From the NCBI GenBank assembly GCA_016927995.1, contig JAFGLO010000004.1, positions 955 to 64,954 on the forward strand: a DNA stretch of 64,000 nucleotides. The letters run 5' to 3'. Positions 29,329-38,800 of this stretch are shown piece after piece. Numbering within the stretch: position 1 is the stretch's first letter; every line of letters starts with the position of its first letter. The DNA comes from Candidatus Dojkabacteria bacterium. Lineage in GTDB: Bacteria; Patescibacteriota; Dojkabacteria; JAFGLO01. Below the pieces are notes generated by a model that was not told the DNA's origin, did not search any database, and saw nothing but the letters and a program-made list of their open reading frames with translations. The translations under genes and the position numbers were made by a program.

Positions 29329-30284
29329 AATTTAGCCAAATACTAAAGCGCGCAATCGAACATATAAAAACAACCAAATGGCTAGCCATGGCTTCTGTTG
29401 GTGTTATAACCTTAACCTTCACAATTTCAGGAATTATTTTTTTCTTGGTTAGCGGTTTAAATAGGTCCGTTAATGAATTTGCTAGTAGACCAAGAATTTA
29501 TCTGTACTTTGTACCCTCAACTGAGGAGGCACAGATCTTAGAAATAAAGGATATTATACTTGCTGATTCAAAAGTTGAAAGTGTTGAGTACGATTCACAG
29601 GAAAAGGCAATGGAGGAACTTAAAAAAAGACTTGGTACCAGCGCTGAAACAAGAATTGTTGACCTTACTGCGCTTTTACCTCCTAGACTTACAATTAAAT
29701 CTGCGAATCTTGATTTAGTTGAACCGACGGTAACGTTTATTGCAGAATTGGTTGAAAGTAATCCATATGTTGATGAGATAAGGTATTCATGGGATTCTAT
29801 AGAGAACCTGCGGGCAATATCAAAACTGCTGTCTATAAATGGGGTTGCGCTTATCGTGCTTTCTGTTCTAGCTACAGGGCTTTTGGTTTTTGTATCCGTA
29901 AACTTTAATGTAAAGTATTTTCATGACGAGCTTAAAGTTGCAAACTATCTGGGGGGTGAGCAAAATGCCTTGATTCTGCCTTTTGTCGTTGAAGGTGTGT
30001 TGTATGGGCTTGCAGGGGGAATATTCGCGGGACTTTTGTCTTTTGTATTTTCTTATGGAAATCTAGAACTAGTTTTACAAAATAGCGTTTTAAGGCTTTT
30101 TATGGAGCGAAATCATTTTGTTTCCGGTGAATTAGTAAGAGCTTCTTGGACCGATATTGTTCTTGGTATTGGCAAAAATATTGCACTGTATTCAGCATTT
30201 GCAGTACTACTAACGGTGGTAAGCAGTATGGTTGCGGTTTACACAAATATTTATCTTATGAGAAAAAATGAAAAGACTAAATAA
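29325..30284 (+). CDS. ftsX: Cell-division permease-like protein FtsX
   Basis: 319 aa. TM1, a large extracellular loop, then 3 C-terminal TMs. Start overlaps the ftsE stop (ATGA). Confidence 0.8.
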   Translation: MKFSQILKRAIEHIKTTKWLAMASVGVITLTFTISGIIFFLVSGLNRSVNEFASRPRIYLYFVPSTEEAQILEIKDIILADSKVESVEYDSQEKAMEELKKRLGTSAETRIVDLTALLPPRLTIKSANLDLVEPTVTFIAELVESNPYVDEIRYSWDSIENLRAISKLLSINGVALIVLSVLATGLLVFVSVNFNVKYFHDELKVANYLGGEQNALILPFVVEGVLYGLAGGIFAGLLSFVFSYGNLELVLQNSVLRLFMERNHFVSGELVRASWTDIVLGIGKNIALYSAFAVLLTVVSSMVAVYTNIYLMRKNEKTK

Positions 30285-31647
30285 GTACTTTTTGATTCCA
30301 CTCTTTGTTGCAGGGATTTTAACAGTCGGATTGTGGGTATTTAAATCTAACCCCGAAGTTGTTCCGGCAGTTTATGCAACAGAAACAACTTGTGATTCGA
30401 TTACTAACCCTCAAGAGAAACTTACTTGTTTGCAAAACCTTTTTAATCAGATTCAGAGTCAGCGGTCACAACTTGAAAAGTCAATTGCATCTGAAAATGC
30501 CACCCAAAGCTCTCTTTATTGGCAGATATCTTTGTTAAATAATCAAATCTCCCAGACCGAACTCAATATTTTAGAGAAAAAAGTTCTAATCGAACAATCT
30601 AATACAGAAATTCTTATTTTGGAGTCGGACATTTTAACAATAATCGATACTATATCAGCTACTCAACAAGAGCTTTCAATAATGGAAGCTGCTGTGACGG
30701 ACCGAATCGGTGAGATGTACAAAACCATGTGTATTGATGAAGTTGAGCTTATGTTTAGTAGTGGTGATGTTTGGACAAATATTGGTGATATGAAATACTT
30801 TGAGATTACCAAGGCGGAGGATGAAGCTTTAATTGAGCGACTTAGTGAAAAATATCAGGTACTTAAAGCTGATCAAGAGGAAGCCGCTTTAAAGCGTGAT
30901 CAAGTAATTCAGAAAACGGAGGGTGTTCAGACTGAGCATTCGGAGCTTTTAAATCTTGAGGCCCAGCTTAATAATCAAAAGGCAGATCAGCAGTATTTAC
31001 TAGCACTTTCGCAGGCCGCTGAAGCCAGTTATGCCCAAGCGTTACAACAAATGAAAGCGTATGAGAGTGCTGTCTCTGGTCAGATGACCGAACTTATAAT
31101 GGCTTTGTATAACTCCGGGATGCTTGGGGTAGGGACGCCTGTAACTAAGGGTACGATAGTAGGGTTTCAAGGACATACCGGTTGTGCTCTTGGATCACAC
31201 TTGCATTTTGAGTTCAGGATAAACGGATACAGAACAAACCCATTAATTTATTTGTCTTATAGCGGTGGATATGTCATTGATAATGCTAATTACAAGTCCC
31301 CAATGAAATCCGCTTATGTAACCTGTGGTTACGGATGTTATTCAGGACATTATGCAATTGATATGGTAAGTTATGACCCGCTTTATTATACAACGGCAAG
31401 GTATTCTTGGGATGAAGCTGGTTTAAGGGCCACGTGCGGCCCGTTCCTAGATTCTGCTGCGCTTAATCAGCTTGTTGCTGCAGCACAAGCGAGTAACTGG
31501 CAATTCTCCCTTGTGGGTGAAGGTGCACCTGTTTTGGCAATAGCCGATGGTGTTATCTATAGGAGTACAATTGATGGAGCCGGGGCTAACTATGTTCTTA
31601 TTGACCATGGTAATGGTGTTGTAAGTCTTTATCTTCACTTAAGATAG
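30268..31647 (+). CDS. Coiled-coil M23 (LytM-family) peptidase, EnvC-like
   Basis: A long coiled-coil region followed by GFQGHTGCALGSHLHFEFRINGYRTNPL (M23 HxH-containing motif). Located in the ftsEX operon. Confidence 0.75.
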   Translation: MKRLNKYFLIPLFVAGILTVGLWVFKSNPEVVPAVYATETTCDSITNPQEKLTCLQNLFNQIQSQRSQLEKSIASENATQSSLYWQISLLNNQISQTELNILEKKVLIEQSNTEILILESDILTIIDTISATQQELSIMEAAVTDRIGEMYKTMCIDEVELMFSSGDVWTNIGDMKYFEITKAEDEALIERLSEKYQVLKADQEEAALKRDQVIQKTEGVQTEHSELLNLEAQLNNQKADQQYLLALSQAAEASYAQALQQMKAYESAVSGQMTELIMALYNSGMLGVGTPVTKGTIVGFQGHTGCALGSHLHFEFRINGYRTNPLIYLSYSGGYVIDNANYKSPMKSAYVTCGYGCYSGHYAIDMVSYDPLYYTTARYSWDEAGLRATCGPFLDSAALNQLVAAAQASNWQFSLVGEGAPVLAIADGVIYRSTIDGAGANYVLIDHGNGVVSLYLHLR

Positions 31648-31729
31648 AAAAGTTTCTTATCTATTTTGTTGTTAAAGCTTGCCACTTCTCTCATAGGTAT
31701 CTTCCGGAGAGTATTATTTCACTACTTCA

Positions 31730-32782
31730 CTACCTTACTGTCATATTCTCAATAACGAATTCGAACAGGGCTGGATCGCTTTCTAGTCCGGAAATAATGT
31801 ATATAATGTTTTGTCCCGGATGGACAAAGCTTGCCACATAATAAGACTTTTCATTAATTAGTATGGTTGAAACAATATAACTTATGTCATGATAAATCTG
31901 TGTGTGGGTTCCCAGGATTGAGGGGACTTCGTTTCGGTCGGCAAACTCTTCTTGAATATAGAGAGGAATTGCCTGGTCGAGTGCAATGTTTGGTGCCCAC
32001 CTAAAGGGAATTACTTCTATTTTGTCAGCCCTTCCTTCCAATGAAAATGCCGGACTTGGAAAGCCTTGGATGTTTTTTTCTTTAAGCTCATATTGAAACG
32101 AGTATTTTAGAGAGAAAGGATAGCTTTCCGGTAAACTATCCCCGTGAAGTGATCCAATGATTTGCTTCATCTTGGCTCGAAGTTGTTTTCTTGTTGCAAG
32201 CATACTTTCCGTGTCCTCACGGTTAAGGGTTTCATACCAGACATCTCTTGCAATCGTGTATATTCTAAGTCCGATGTTTAGCTCCTCGTTCCAGTAATAT
32301 ATTCCGACTTCGTTTTCTTTATCTGAGTAGGTAGCCTCTCCGATGAGTATCCAACCGTTTTGCGGGAGCAATGTAGAGTAGAATTCCTTTACATCAGAAA
32401 ATGTATATGTGAATGGGATTTTGTAACATGAAATATTGTACGATATCATTTTTTTAACATAATCGTTATCGGACAGATTACTAAAAGCAAAGGTTGAGTC
32501 TTTAAAAGCAGGTATATTAAATGGGAGACCAACTACCGTATCAAGAGATTCAATGTTGGTTACAATTGTTGACTCTCTGTTTTTCCAAAAATTATATCCA
32601 ATAAATGCAAGCAGAATAAGAGTTATTACAACTGTAATGTAAAAGGAGTTTGCAAGAAGGGCTTGTAGAAAAAGTTGAAGCGTTCGCTTAAATGTGTTGA
32701 TGGGTGCCTTGGGTTTGTATGGAGAGATAAGACTTTGTTTGCGGGCTTTTATGTTTTTTCTTAGGATCTTTTTTTTAAACAT
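31730..32782 (-). CDS. Membrane-anchored hypothetical protein
   Basis: 350 aa. Basic N-terminus, single TM (FYITVVITLILLAFIGY), extracytoplasmic globular domain. Last gene of the nrd operon. Confidence 0.45.
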   Translation of the reverse strand: MFKKKILRKNIKARKQSLISPYKPKAPINTFKRTLQLFLQALLANSFYITVVITLILLAFIGYNFWKNRESTIVTNIESLDTVVGLPFNIPAFKDSTFAFSNLSDNDYVKKMISYNISCYKIPFTYTFSDVKEFYSTLLPQNGWILIGEATYSDKENEVGIYYWNEELNIGLRIYTIARDVWYETLNREDTESMLATRKQLRAKMKQIIGSLHGDSLPESYPFSLKYSFQYELKEKNIQGFPSPAFSLEGRADKIEVIPFRWAPNIALDQAIPLYIQEEFADRNEVPSILGTHTQIYHDISYIVSTILINEKSYYVASFVHPGQNIIYIISGLESDPALFEFVIENMTVR

Positions 32783-33246
32783 TAGTCATTGATTAGAGAC
32801 CTAATTTCAATAACAAAATCTTCGAGCTTTGAGAATCCTTTATATACCGAGGCGTAACGCATATATGCAGTTTTGTCTAATCTTTTAAGTCGGGTGAGAA
32901 TCATGTCGCCCAGTTCCTTTGAGGTTACTTCAAGCTTTTGTCTGGATAAGATTCGCTTTTCGATATCGTCTGTTATTTGTTCGGCAATCTCTTCTGAATT
33001 TGACTTGGTGAGTGATTTGGTTATACTCTTTTTAAGTTTTTCCCGGTCAAATAGCTCGTCAGTTCCGTCGTTTTTTAGAACGGTGAGGTCGACCTTTTGA
33101 ACTTTTTCATAAGTTGTAAAACGCTTTTTGCAAGCCGAACATTCCCTACGTCTACGTGTAAGGTTTCCTTCTTCCTGATCACGTTTGTCGACTACGCTGG
33201 TTTTAGAATTTTTGCAGTATGGACAATACATTTTAACCGGTGCCAA
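32782..33246 (-). CDS. nrdR: Transcriptional repressor NrdR
   Basis: MYCPYCKNSKTSVVDKRDQEEGNLTRRRRECSACKKRFTTYEKV is a Zn-ribbon followed by an ATP-cone. The likely true start is the Met at 33231. Confidence 0.85.
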   Translation of the reverse strand: MAPVKMYCPYCKNSKTSVVDKRDQEEGNLTRRRRECSACKKRFTTYEKVQKVDLTVLKNDGTDELFDREKLKKSITKSLTKSNSEEIAEQITDDIEKRILSRQKLEVTSKELGDMILTRLKRLDKTAYMRYASVYKGFSKLEDFVIEIRSLIND

Positions 33247-33310
33247 CTAAGTTTATTATTATAGCACAGTAATTGGTTGGTTTACTGTGCTTATAAAAAA
33301 GTAGATAAAA

Positions 33311-33997
33311 TTACTCTCTAATTTCCACATGTTTAATAATTTTTTTTAAATCTTTTGCTAGTTTTGCCAAAAAGTCTGATGAATAGCTACTGGCTTTTTT
33401 AAAAGCAGGATCAAGTGTTGTTTTAGATACAAACTGTTGTAGTACATATTTTTGAGCGCCTTTAATTTCGTTTGCCAGCTCAAGTAAGTCTGATTTTGAC
33501 AAAAGTTCTTTTACTACTGTAGTTCTAAATTCATAAGGAATCGGTGAATTCATTATTAGCTCAATGCTTTCCTTTATATTAAATACCTTATCTGTCACAA
33601 TTCTATATTTTGAAATCGGTGCTTTAATGTCCATTGCGATATAATCCAAAAGATTGTTTTTTATAAGATAGTTGAGCATTATAAAATTAGTTCCGTTTGT
33701 ATCGAGTTTTACCTTAAATCCGAGTGATTTGATTTTTTTTATAAATGAGGGCAGGTCGGTCTGAAGTGTTGGTTCACCGCCGGTTATTACAACCCCTTCA
33801 AGTTTGTTTTGCCGGCTTTTTAGAAACTTGAGGATTTCTGAGGGTTTTATCTTGGCCGGTGTGGCTTTGGTTTTAGTTACAAGCTCGGGATTGTGACAAT
33901 AAGGGCAACGGAAGTTACAACCCATTGTAAAAATAGTGCAGGCAATCTCGCCCGGATAATCAATTAGAGTCACCTTTGAAATTCCGCGTATATCCAT
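33311..33997 (-). CDS. nrdG: Anaerobic ribonucleoside-triphosphate reductase activating protein (radical SAM)
   Basis: CNFRCPYCHNPEL (CxxxCxxC) near the N-terminus; GGEPTLQ. 228 aa. Confidence 0.85.
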   Translation of the reverse strand: MDIRGISKVTLIDYPGEIACTIFTMGCNFRCPYCHNPELVTKTKATPAKIKPSEILKFLKSRQNKLEGVVITGGEPTLQTDLPSFIKKIKSLGFKVKLDTNGTNFIMLNYLIKNNLLDYIAMDIKAPISKYRIVTDKVFNIKESIELIMNSPIPYEFRTTVVKELLSKSDLLELANEIKGAQKYVLQQFVSKTTLDPAFKKASSYSSDFLAKLAKDLKKIIKHVEIRE

Positions 33998-34002
33998 TTT
34001 GG

Positions 34003-36102
34003 TTAAATTTTAAATGTTTTCCTGTCGGAAAATTCGGACTTTTTGCCTGGGTTCCATCGCTGAACGGGCGCAATTTTCCCTACGACTCTGCTATAGACTT
34101 TGCATTCAGACCCACATTCAGGACATTTAAAGTGCTCTCCCGAAATATAGCCATGCGTTTCACAAATACTAAACGTTGGGGTTAATGTAAAGTAAGGGAG
34201 CTTGTATGTTGTTGCAATTTTCTTAACAAGTTTTTTAACTTCGTCACCCGAATTTATTCGCTCACCTAAAAACCCATGAAATACCGTACCCCCGGTGTAC
34301 ATTGTCTGAAGTTCATCTTGCAATTCAAGTGCCTCAAAAATATCTTCGGTAAAGCCGACAGGTAGTTGTGTTGAATTTGTATAATATGGCTCGGCACCTT
34401 TTTGAAAGTCAGTCTCGTTTGCAACAATAATTTCCGGGAACAATTTTTTGTCTTTTTTCGGAAGTGCATAGGATGCGCCTTCTCCCGGGGTCGCCTCAAG
34501 GTTGTACATAATTCCGGTTGCTTTTTGGTATGCAAGAATGGTCTTATTCATAAAAGCGAGAGTTTCTTTTGCAAAATTCTGACCTTCTTTGGTTGTAATG
34601 TCGAATCCACCAAAATTTAAACAGGCTTCGTTCATGCCGATAAGTCCGATTGTGTTAAAATGATTGCTCCAGTATTTTCCTGTCTTTTCCTTGACACTGC
34701 GTAGATAAAACTTGGAATATGGGTACATTCCCTTTTCCGTTAAATTCTCGATGAGTTCACGTCGTAACATGAGGGTATTGTGACTTACATCCATTAGATA
34801 TTTAAGCCGTTCGAAGAATCCTTTTTTGTTGCCTTTGTGTTGGTATCCTATTCGTGGAAGATTAATTGTTACATAACCTATACTTCCGGTTAATGGATTC
34901 GCTCCGAATAGCCCACCTCCTCGACGTCTTAGCTCTCGATTATCTATCCGAAGGCGGCAGCACATTGACCGGGCATCATCCGGATTCATGTCACTATTTA
35001 CAAAGTTTGCAAAGTAAGGGATACCGTATTTTGCTGTCATATCCCAGAGTCCCTTTAGGTTATTGTTATTCCAATCAAAGTCCTTCGTAATGTTGTAGGT
35101 TGGAATAGGCCAGGTGAACGCACGACCTTTTGCATCTCCCTCAAGATAAACTTCAAAAAGTGCTTTGTTAAACATATCCATTTCGGCTTGGTATTCACCG
35201 TATTTTTCTTCTTTAAGCTTTCCACCAATGATTACGGCTTCATTTTTCATGTATGATGGACAGATAAGATCAAGGGTAATGTTTGAGAATACAACTTGGC
35301 CGCCTGATTTTGTTGGCATATTCATGTTAAAGATGAACGACTGGATCTGCTGTTTTACTTCTTTGTATGTTAATTTATCATGGCGAATAAACGGTGCCAT
35401 GTATGTATCCAAGCTTGAAACAGCAACGGCTCCATCAGGCGTTTCATTTGTAAGCGTGTAAAGAAAGTTCATAAGTTGTCCAAGGGCCGATCCAAAATGG
35501 CTTGCTGGTTTAGAGGATACATTTCCCGGTACACCTTGATAACCAACAATTAGCAGGTCGCGAATATCCCAGCCAACGCAGTACGAGCTTAATGTTGAGC
35601 TTTTGTGAATATGAAGATCTTTATTTATATGAAGATTCCGCATCTCATCTGTATATACCTCGTTCATCCAATACATTTCCGATACTTCTTCTACAATTTT
35701 TTTATACATACCTTGAAGATGGTAATCAATCTCGGAATCAGAGTGGATCTTCCAATTTTTTTTATTTATGTAAGTATTGATCCAAGTGCCAACATCAAAT
35801 AGATTGGACACGTTTCGCATTCTATTGTGAAGGTCCCGATATAAAATGTAGGCTTTTGCAACTTCGGGGTGTTTGTTTAGAATAAGGTGTTTTTCTACAA
35901 GATCTTGAATCTGTTCAACGGTTGGAAGTTCACTCTTTGAAAAAAAGATTTGCTTTAGTTCTTTGGTTACGGCATTGGTAACTTTCTCGGCAGCGCTTAG
36001 CGACTTAAGATTAACCGCTTCCATTGCTTTAGTAATGGCTATGGTAATTTTTGTCGGAGTGAACTCTTCGATACTTCCGTTTCGTTTTCGGATTTTGAAC
36101 AT
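34003..36102 (-). CDS. nrdD: Anaerobic ribonucleoside-triphosphate reductase (class III), ATP-cone-containing paralog
   Basis: N-terminal ATP-cone (MFKIRKRNGSIEEFTPTKITIAI…). Catalytic region CCRLRIDNRELRRRGGGLFGANPLTGSIGYVTINLPRIGY. C-terminal Zn-ribbon CPECGSEC plus glycyl-radical region SRVVGK…. Confidence 0.85.
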   Translation of the reverse strand: MFKIRKRNGSIEEFTPTKITIAITKAMEAVNLKSLSAAEKVTNAVTKELKQIFFSKSELPTVEQIQDLVEKHLILNKHPEVAKAYILYRDLHNRMRNVSNLFDVGTWINTYINKKNWKIHSDSEIDYHLQGMYKKIVEEVSEMYWMNEVYTDEMRNLHINKDLHIHKSSTLSSYCVGWDIRDLLIVGYQGVPGNVSSKPASHFGSALGQLMNFLYTLTNETPDGAVAVSSLDTYMAPFIRHDKLTYKEVKQQIQSFIFNMNMPTKSGGQVVFSNITLDLICPSYMKNEAVIIGGKLKEEKYGEYQAEMDMFNKALFEVYLEGDAKGRAFTWPIPTYNITKDFDWNNNNLKGLWDMTAKYGIPYFANFVNSDMNPDDARSMCCRLRIDNRELRRRGGGLFGANPLTGSIGYVTINLPRIGYQHKGNKKGFFERLKYLMDVSHNTLMLRRELIENLTEKGMYPYSKFYLRSVKEKTGKYWSNHFNTIGLIGMNEACLNFGGFDITTKEGQNFAKETLAFMNKTILAYQKATGIMYNLEATPGEGASYALPKKDKKLFPEIIVANETDFQKGAEPYYTNSTQLPVGFTEDIFEALELQDELQTMYTGGTVFHGFLGERINSGDEVKKLVKKIATTYKLPYFTLTPTFSICETHGYISGEHFKCPECGSECKVYSRVVGKIAPVQRWNPGKKSEFSDRKTFKI

Positions 36103-36118
36103 GGGTGTGGTGTTGAAA

Positions 36119-37921
36119 TTATTTTTTATTGGATACTTTGTAAGTTTTGCGCTCGGAGTATTCTTGCCTCTTACCGTTATTCCATTGATTTATGGGTCGA
36201 TAATATCCGACAACACGGGAGTAAATTAGAGGAATCTCTTTGCATTTACTGCCATTTTTGTGAGGACATTCTTTTGCTTCACCTCTGATATAACCATGTA
36301 CCGGACATATAGAGAAGGTTGGTGTTATTGAAAAATAAGGAATTTTGTAGTTTTCGGCAATTTTCTTAACAAGTTTTTTACATTCTTCCGCAGTAGAAAC
36401 ACGTTCGCCAAGAAACGTATGAAATACTGTACCGCCGGTATATGCTGTTTGTAAAGTTTCCTGAAGTTCAAGTGCTTCAAATATATCATCGGTATATCCA
36501 ACCGGAAGCTGTGATGAGTTGGTATAATACGGATTTTTGATGTTACCTGCAGTAACAATGTTTTTATAAAGCAATTTGTCTTTTCTGGCAAGGCTGTATG
36601 CTGCGCTTTCGTTTGGTGTTGCTTCTAGGTTATACAGATTACCCGTTTCGTCCTGATATTTTAGAAGATTTGATTTCATATGGTTTAAAATTTCAAGTGC
36701 AAAAGATATGCCTTGAGTTGTTGTCAGATCAGGGGAGCCGAAGTTTATTAAGGTTTCGTTCATGCCTACGAGTCCAATGGTGGAAAAGTGTTTGTTAAAG
36801 GTTCCGAGGTATACTTTGCTGTACGGCATTAATCCTGTTCTCATGTGCTCATCCAGAATCTTTCGTTTATTTTCCAGGATGATTTTTGCAAGCTTCATAT
36901 TTTGATCGACAAGCTTAAAAAATTTCTTTTTATCGCCATTACTTATGTAGCCAATTCTTGGGAGATTAATGTCTACTACGCCTATGGATCCTGTGGAGGC
37001 GCCATATCCCCAGAGTCCCCCGGTTTTTTTTGTAAGTTCTTTCATGTTCATTTGTAGTCTGCAACACATGGCTCGAACATCACCGGGTTTAAGATCGGAG
37101 TTTACGAAGTTTTGAAAATAAGGCATTCCATATTTTGCGGTCATCTCGAATAAAAGATTTGAATTACTTGTATTCCAGTTAAAATCCCGAGTGATGTTGT
37201 ATGTTGGTATGGGGAAAGGGAAGGGTTGTTCTGCAAAATCACCGTCTTTATACACTTCCAGAAGAGCTTTGTTAAAAATATCCATTTCTTTTTGAAACTC
37301 TTTATAAGTTTCTTTCTGGACTTTACCGCCTATAATTACTTGCTGGTTTTTAAGATCTTCCGGAACCGTCCAGTCAAGTGTTATGTTCGAAAACGGAATC
37401 TGTCCTCCATAACGTGTGGAAAGACTTAAGTCATACATAAATCTTTGGACGCAATTCTTAACTTGGGCATAGGTTAATTTATCATTTCTAATGAATGGAG
37501 CCATGTAAGTGTCAACAGAGCTTATAGCTTGAGCGCCTGCCCATTCATTGCATACGATAAGGATAAACCTGGATAAATGATCGAGTGCGGATGCAAGATG
37601 CTTTGCGGGTCCTGATGTACACTTATCCGGCACACCGGATAGTCCTCTTGTAAGAATTAGGCGAGTATCCCAACCAGTACAGTATCCAACAACGTGTTTA
37701 CCTAAATCATGAATGTAAATATCACCGGAAATATGAGCCTTTGAGGCTTTTGCCGGGATCAGCGTGGATAATGAGTATTTTTTTGTTATTTCTTCCGCAA
37801 GGTAATTCATAAGTCCGGGAAAACTGTAATGAACATTTGCATCTTGATTTACTTGCCAGTCTGATTGTCTTAAATATGCTTCTACCATTTCTTTGGCATT
37901 TATTGCTTGGGATGAGTTCAT
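36119..37921 (-). CDS. nrdD: Anaerobic ribonucleoside-triphosphate reductase (class III), paralog without ATP-cone
   Basis: CCRLQMNMKELTKKTGGLWGYGASTGSIGVVDINLPRIGY; C-terminus …CPVHGYIRGEAKECPHKNG…SRVVGYYRP (glycyl radical motif). No N-terminal ATP-cone. Confidence 0.85.
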   Translation of the reverse strand: MNSSQAINAKEMVEAYLRQSDWQVNQDANVHYSFPGLMNYLAEEITKKYSLSTLIPAKASKAHISGDIYIHDLGKHVVGYCTGWDTRLILTRGLSGVPDKCTSGPAKHLASALDHLSRFILIVCNEWAGAQAISSVDTYMAPFIRNDKLTYAQVKNCVQRFMYDLSLSTRYGGQIPFSNITLDWTVPEDLKNQQVIIGGKVQKETYKEFQKEMDIFNKALLEVYKDGDFAEQPFPFPIPTYNITRDFNWNTSNSNLLFEMTAKYGMPYFQNFVNSDLKPGDVRAMCCRLQMNMKELTKKTGGLWGYGASTGSIGVVDINLPRIGYISNGDKKKFFKLVDQNMKLAKIILENKRKILDEHMRTGLMPYSKVYLGTFNKHFSTIGLVGMNETLINFGSPDLTTTQGISFALEILNHMKSNLLKYQDETGNLYNLEATPNESAAYSLARKDKLLYKNIVTAGNIKNPYYTNSSQLPVGYTDDIFEALELQETLQTAYTGGTVFHTFLGERVSTAEECKKLVKKIAENYKIPYFSITPTFSICPVHGYIRGEAKECPHKNGSKCKEIPLIYSRVVGYYRPINQWNNGKRQEYSERKTYKVSNKK

Positions 37922-37988
37922 GTAGGCAGACTTTAACTTAGTGTGTAAACCTATCTATACCACCTGTTGTGGTTCCCGTCAAGTGTAT

Positions 37989-38004
37989 ACCCAACATATT
38001 GTGT
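37989..38004 (-). promoter_or_regulatory. Candidate NrdR box upstream of the nrd operon
   Basis: ACCCAACATATTGTGT matches 14 of 16 positions of the NrdR-box palindrome (ACACAATATATTGTGT type). It lies 68-83 bp upstream of the first nrdD start codon. Confidence 0.4.
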
Positions 38005-38228
38005 TTAAGGGCGGTGTCAACATTTTTTAAAGAGATGGATTGATTCAGTGTTATACAGTGAATGATAACAAAATAAATGATATGTTTGGGGATAATGTTT
38101 TATTGAATTTTACATATTACGTAGGGGCGGGTTTAAACCGGCAGGGGTAATTGATATTAACGTAATTGTGTTGTTTCGCGATGAGGGGTGCGGGTCTAAA
38201 CCGACGTCTACTTGTTGGGATTGTAAGA

Positions 38229-38492
38229 ATGTTCGATAATGAGGTGAATATAAATTGTCAAATAAACAAAATGACGGCTTACACGGGACTTGTTCTGATA
38301 ATTCTTGCGTGGTTACTACAGCTTATGAGCAACGAAAAAACAATGAATAAGGGTTTTCTACTTGTTTACATATTTGGAGTTGCTGTACTCGTCTACGATG
38401 GTCTTAATGCCGGTGTTACCACAATGGGACTTTTAAATCTTATCTCGGGCATATTGGCAGCTATTGTATTTATGAGGATTAGGAAAAGGTAG
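38229..38492 (+). CDS. Small membrane protein, hypothetical
   Basis: Two hydrophobic helices (LVLIILAWLLQLM, LLVYIFGVAVLVY…). The start is uncertain (ATG at 38229 or 38271); the track ORF starts at 38166 but would cover the palindromic repeats. Confidence 0.35.
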   Translation: MFDNEVNINCQINKMTAYTGLVLIILAWLLQLMSNEKTMNKGFLLVYIFGVAVLVYDGLNAGVTTMGLLNLISGILAAIVFMRIRKR

Positions 38493-38547
38493 AAACTCTG
38501 AGGGTTGAAAGTTAACGTTGTTTAAGATATCATTATGTGTTAATCCT

Positions 38548-38619
38548 TCTGCGGTAGCTCAGTGGTAGAGCGACCGGCTGTTAACCGGTTGGTCGTGGGT
38601 TCGACTCCCACCCGCAGAG
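38548..38619 (+). tRNA. tRNA-Asn (anticodon GTT)
   Basis: Acceptor TCTGCGG/CCGCAGA, D-arm TAGCTCAGTGGTAGAGC, anticodon stem ACCGG/CCGGT with loop CTGTTAA, T-arm GTGGGTTCGACTCCCAC. Confidence 0.85.
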
Positions 38620-38784
38620 TATTTTTTGTGCGTGGTTTTCGAACTCCACGACCGTTCTTATCCACTCGATTAACATCGAGATTCAGCTTTAAGCTCGCTT
38701 AAGGTGGCGAGCTGGGTTCGACTCCCACCCGCAGAGTATTTTTTTGTGCGTGGTTTTCGAACTCCACGACCGTTCTTATCCACT
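38596..38784 (+). repeat. Tandem direct duplication (~70 bp) of the tRNA-Asn 3' end plus 47 bp downstream flank, separated by a 46-bp spacer
   Basis: Copy 1 is 38596-38666 and copy 2 is 38713-38784: tgggttcgactcccacccgcagagtatttttt(t)gtgcgtggttttcgaactccacgaccgttcttatccact. Copy 2 has one extra T and lacks the tRNA 5' half. Confidence 0.8.
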
Positions 38785-38800
38785 TTTCTCTAAACAACCC

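Noticed and set aside
38667-38794. Possible second functional tRNA gene downstream of tRNA-Asn
   Set aside because: Only the T-arm and 3' acceptor half are duplicated. No matching 5' acceptor strand or D-arm is present, so it is a partial copy and not a tRNA.
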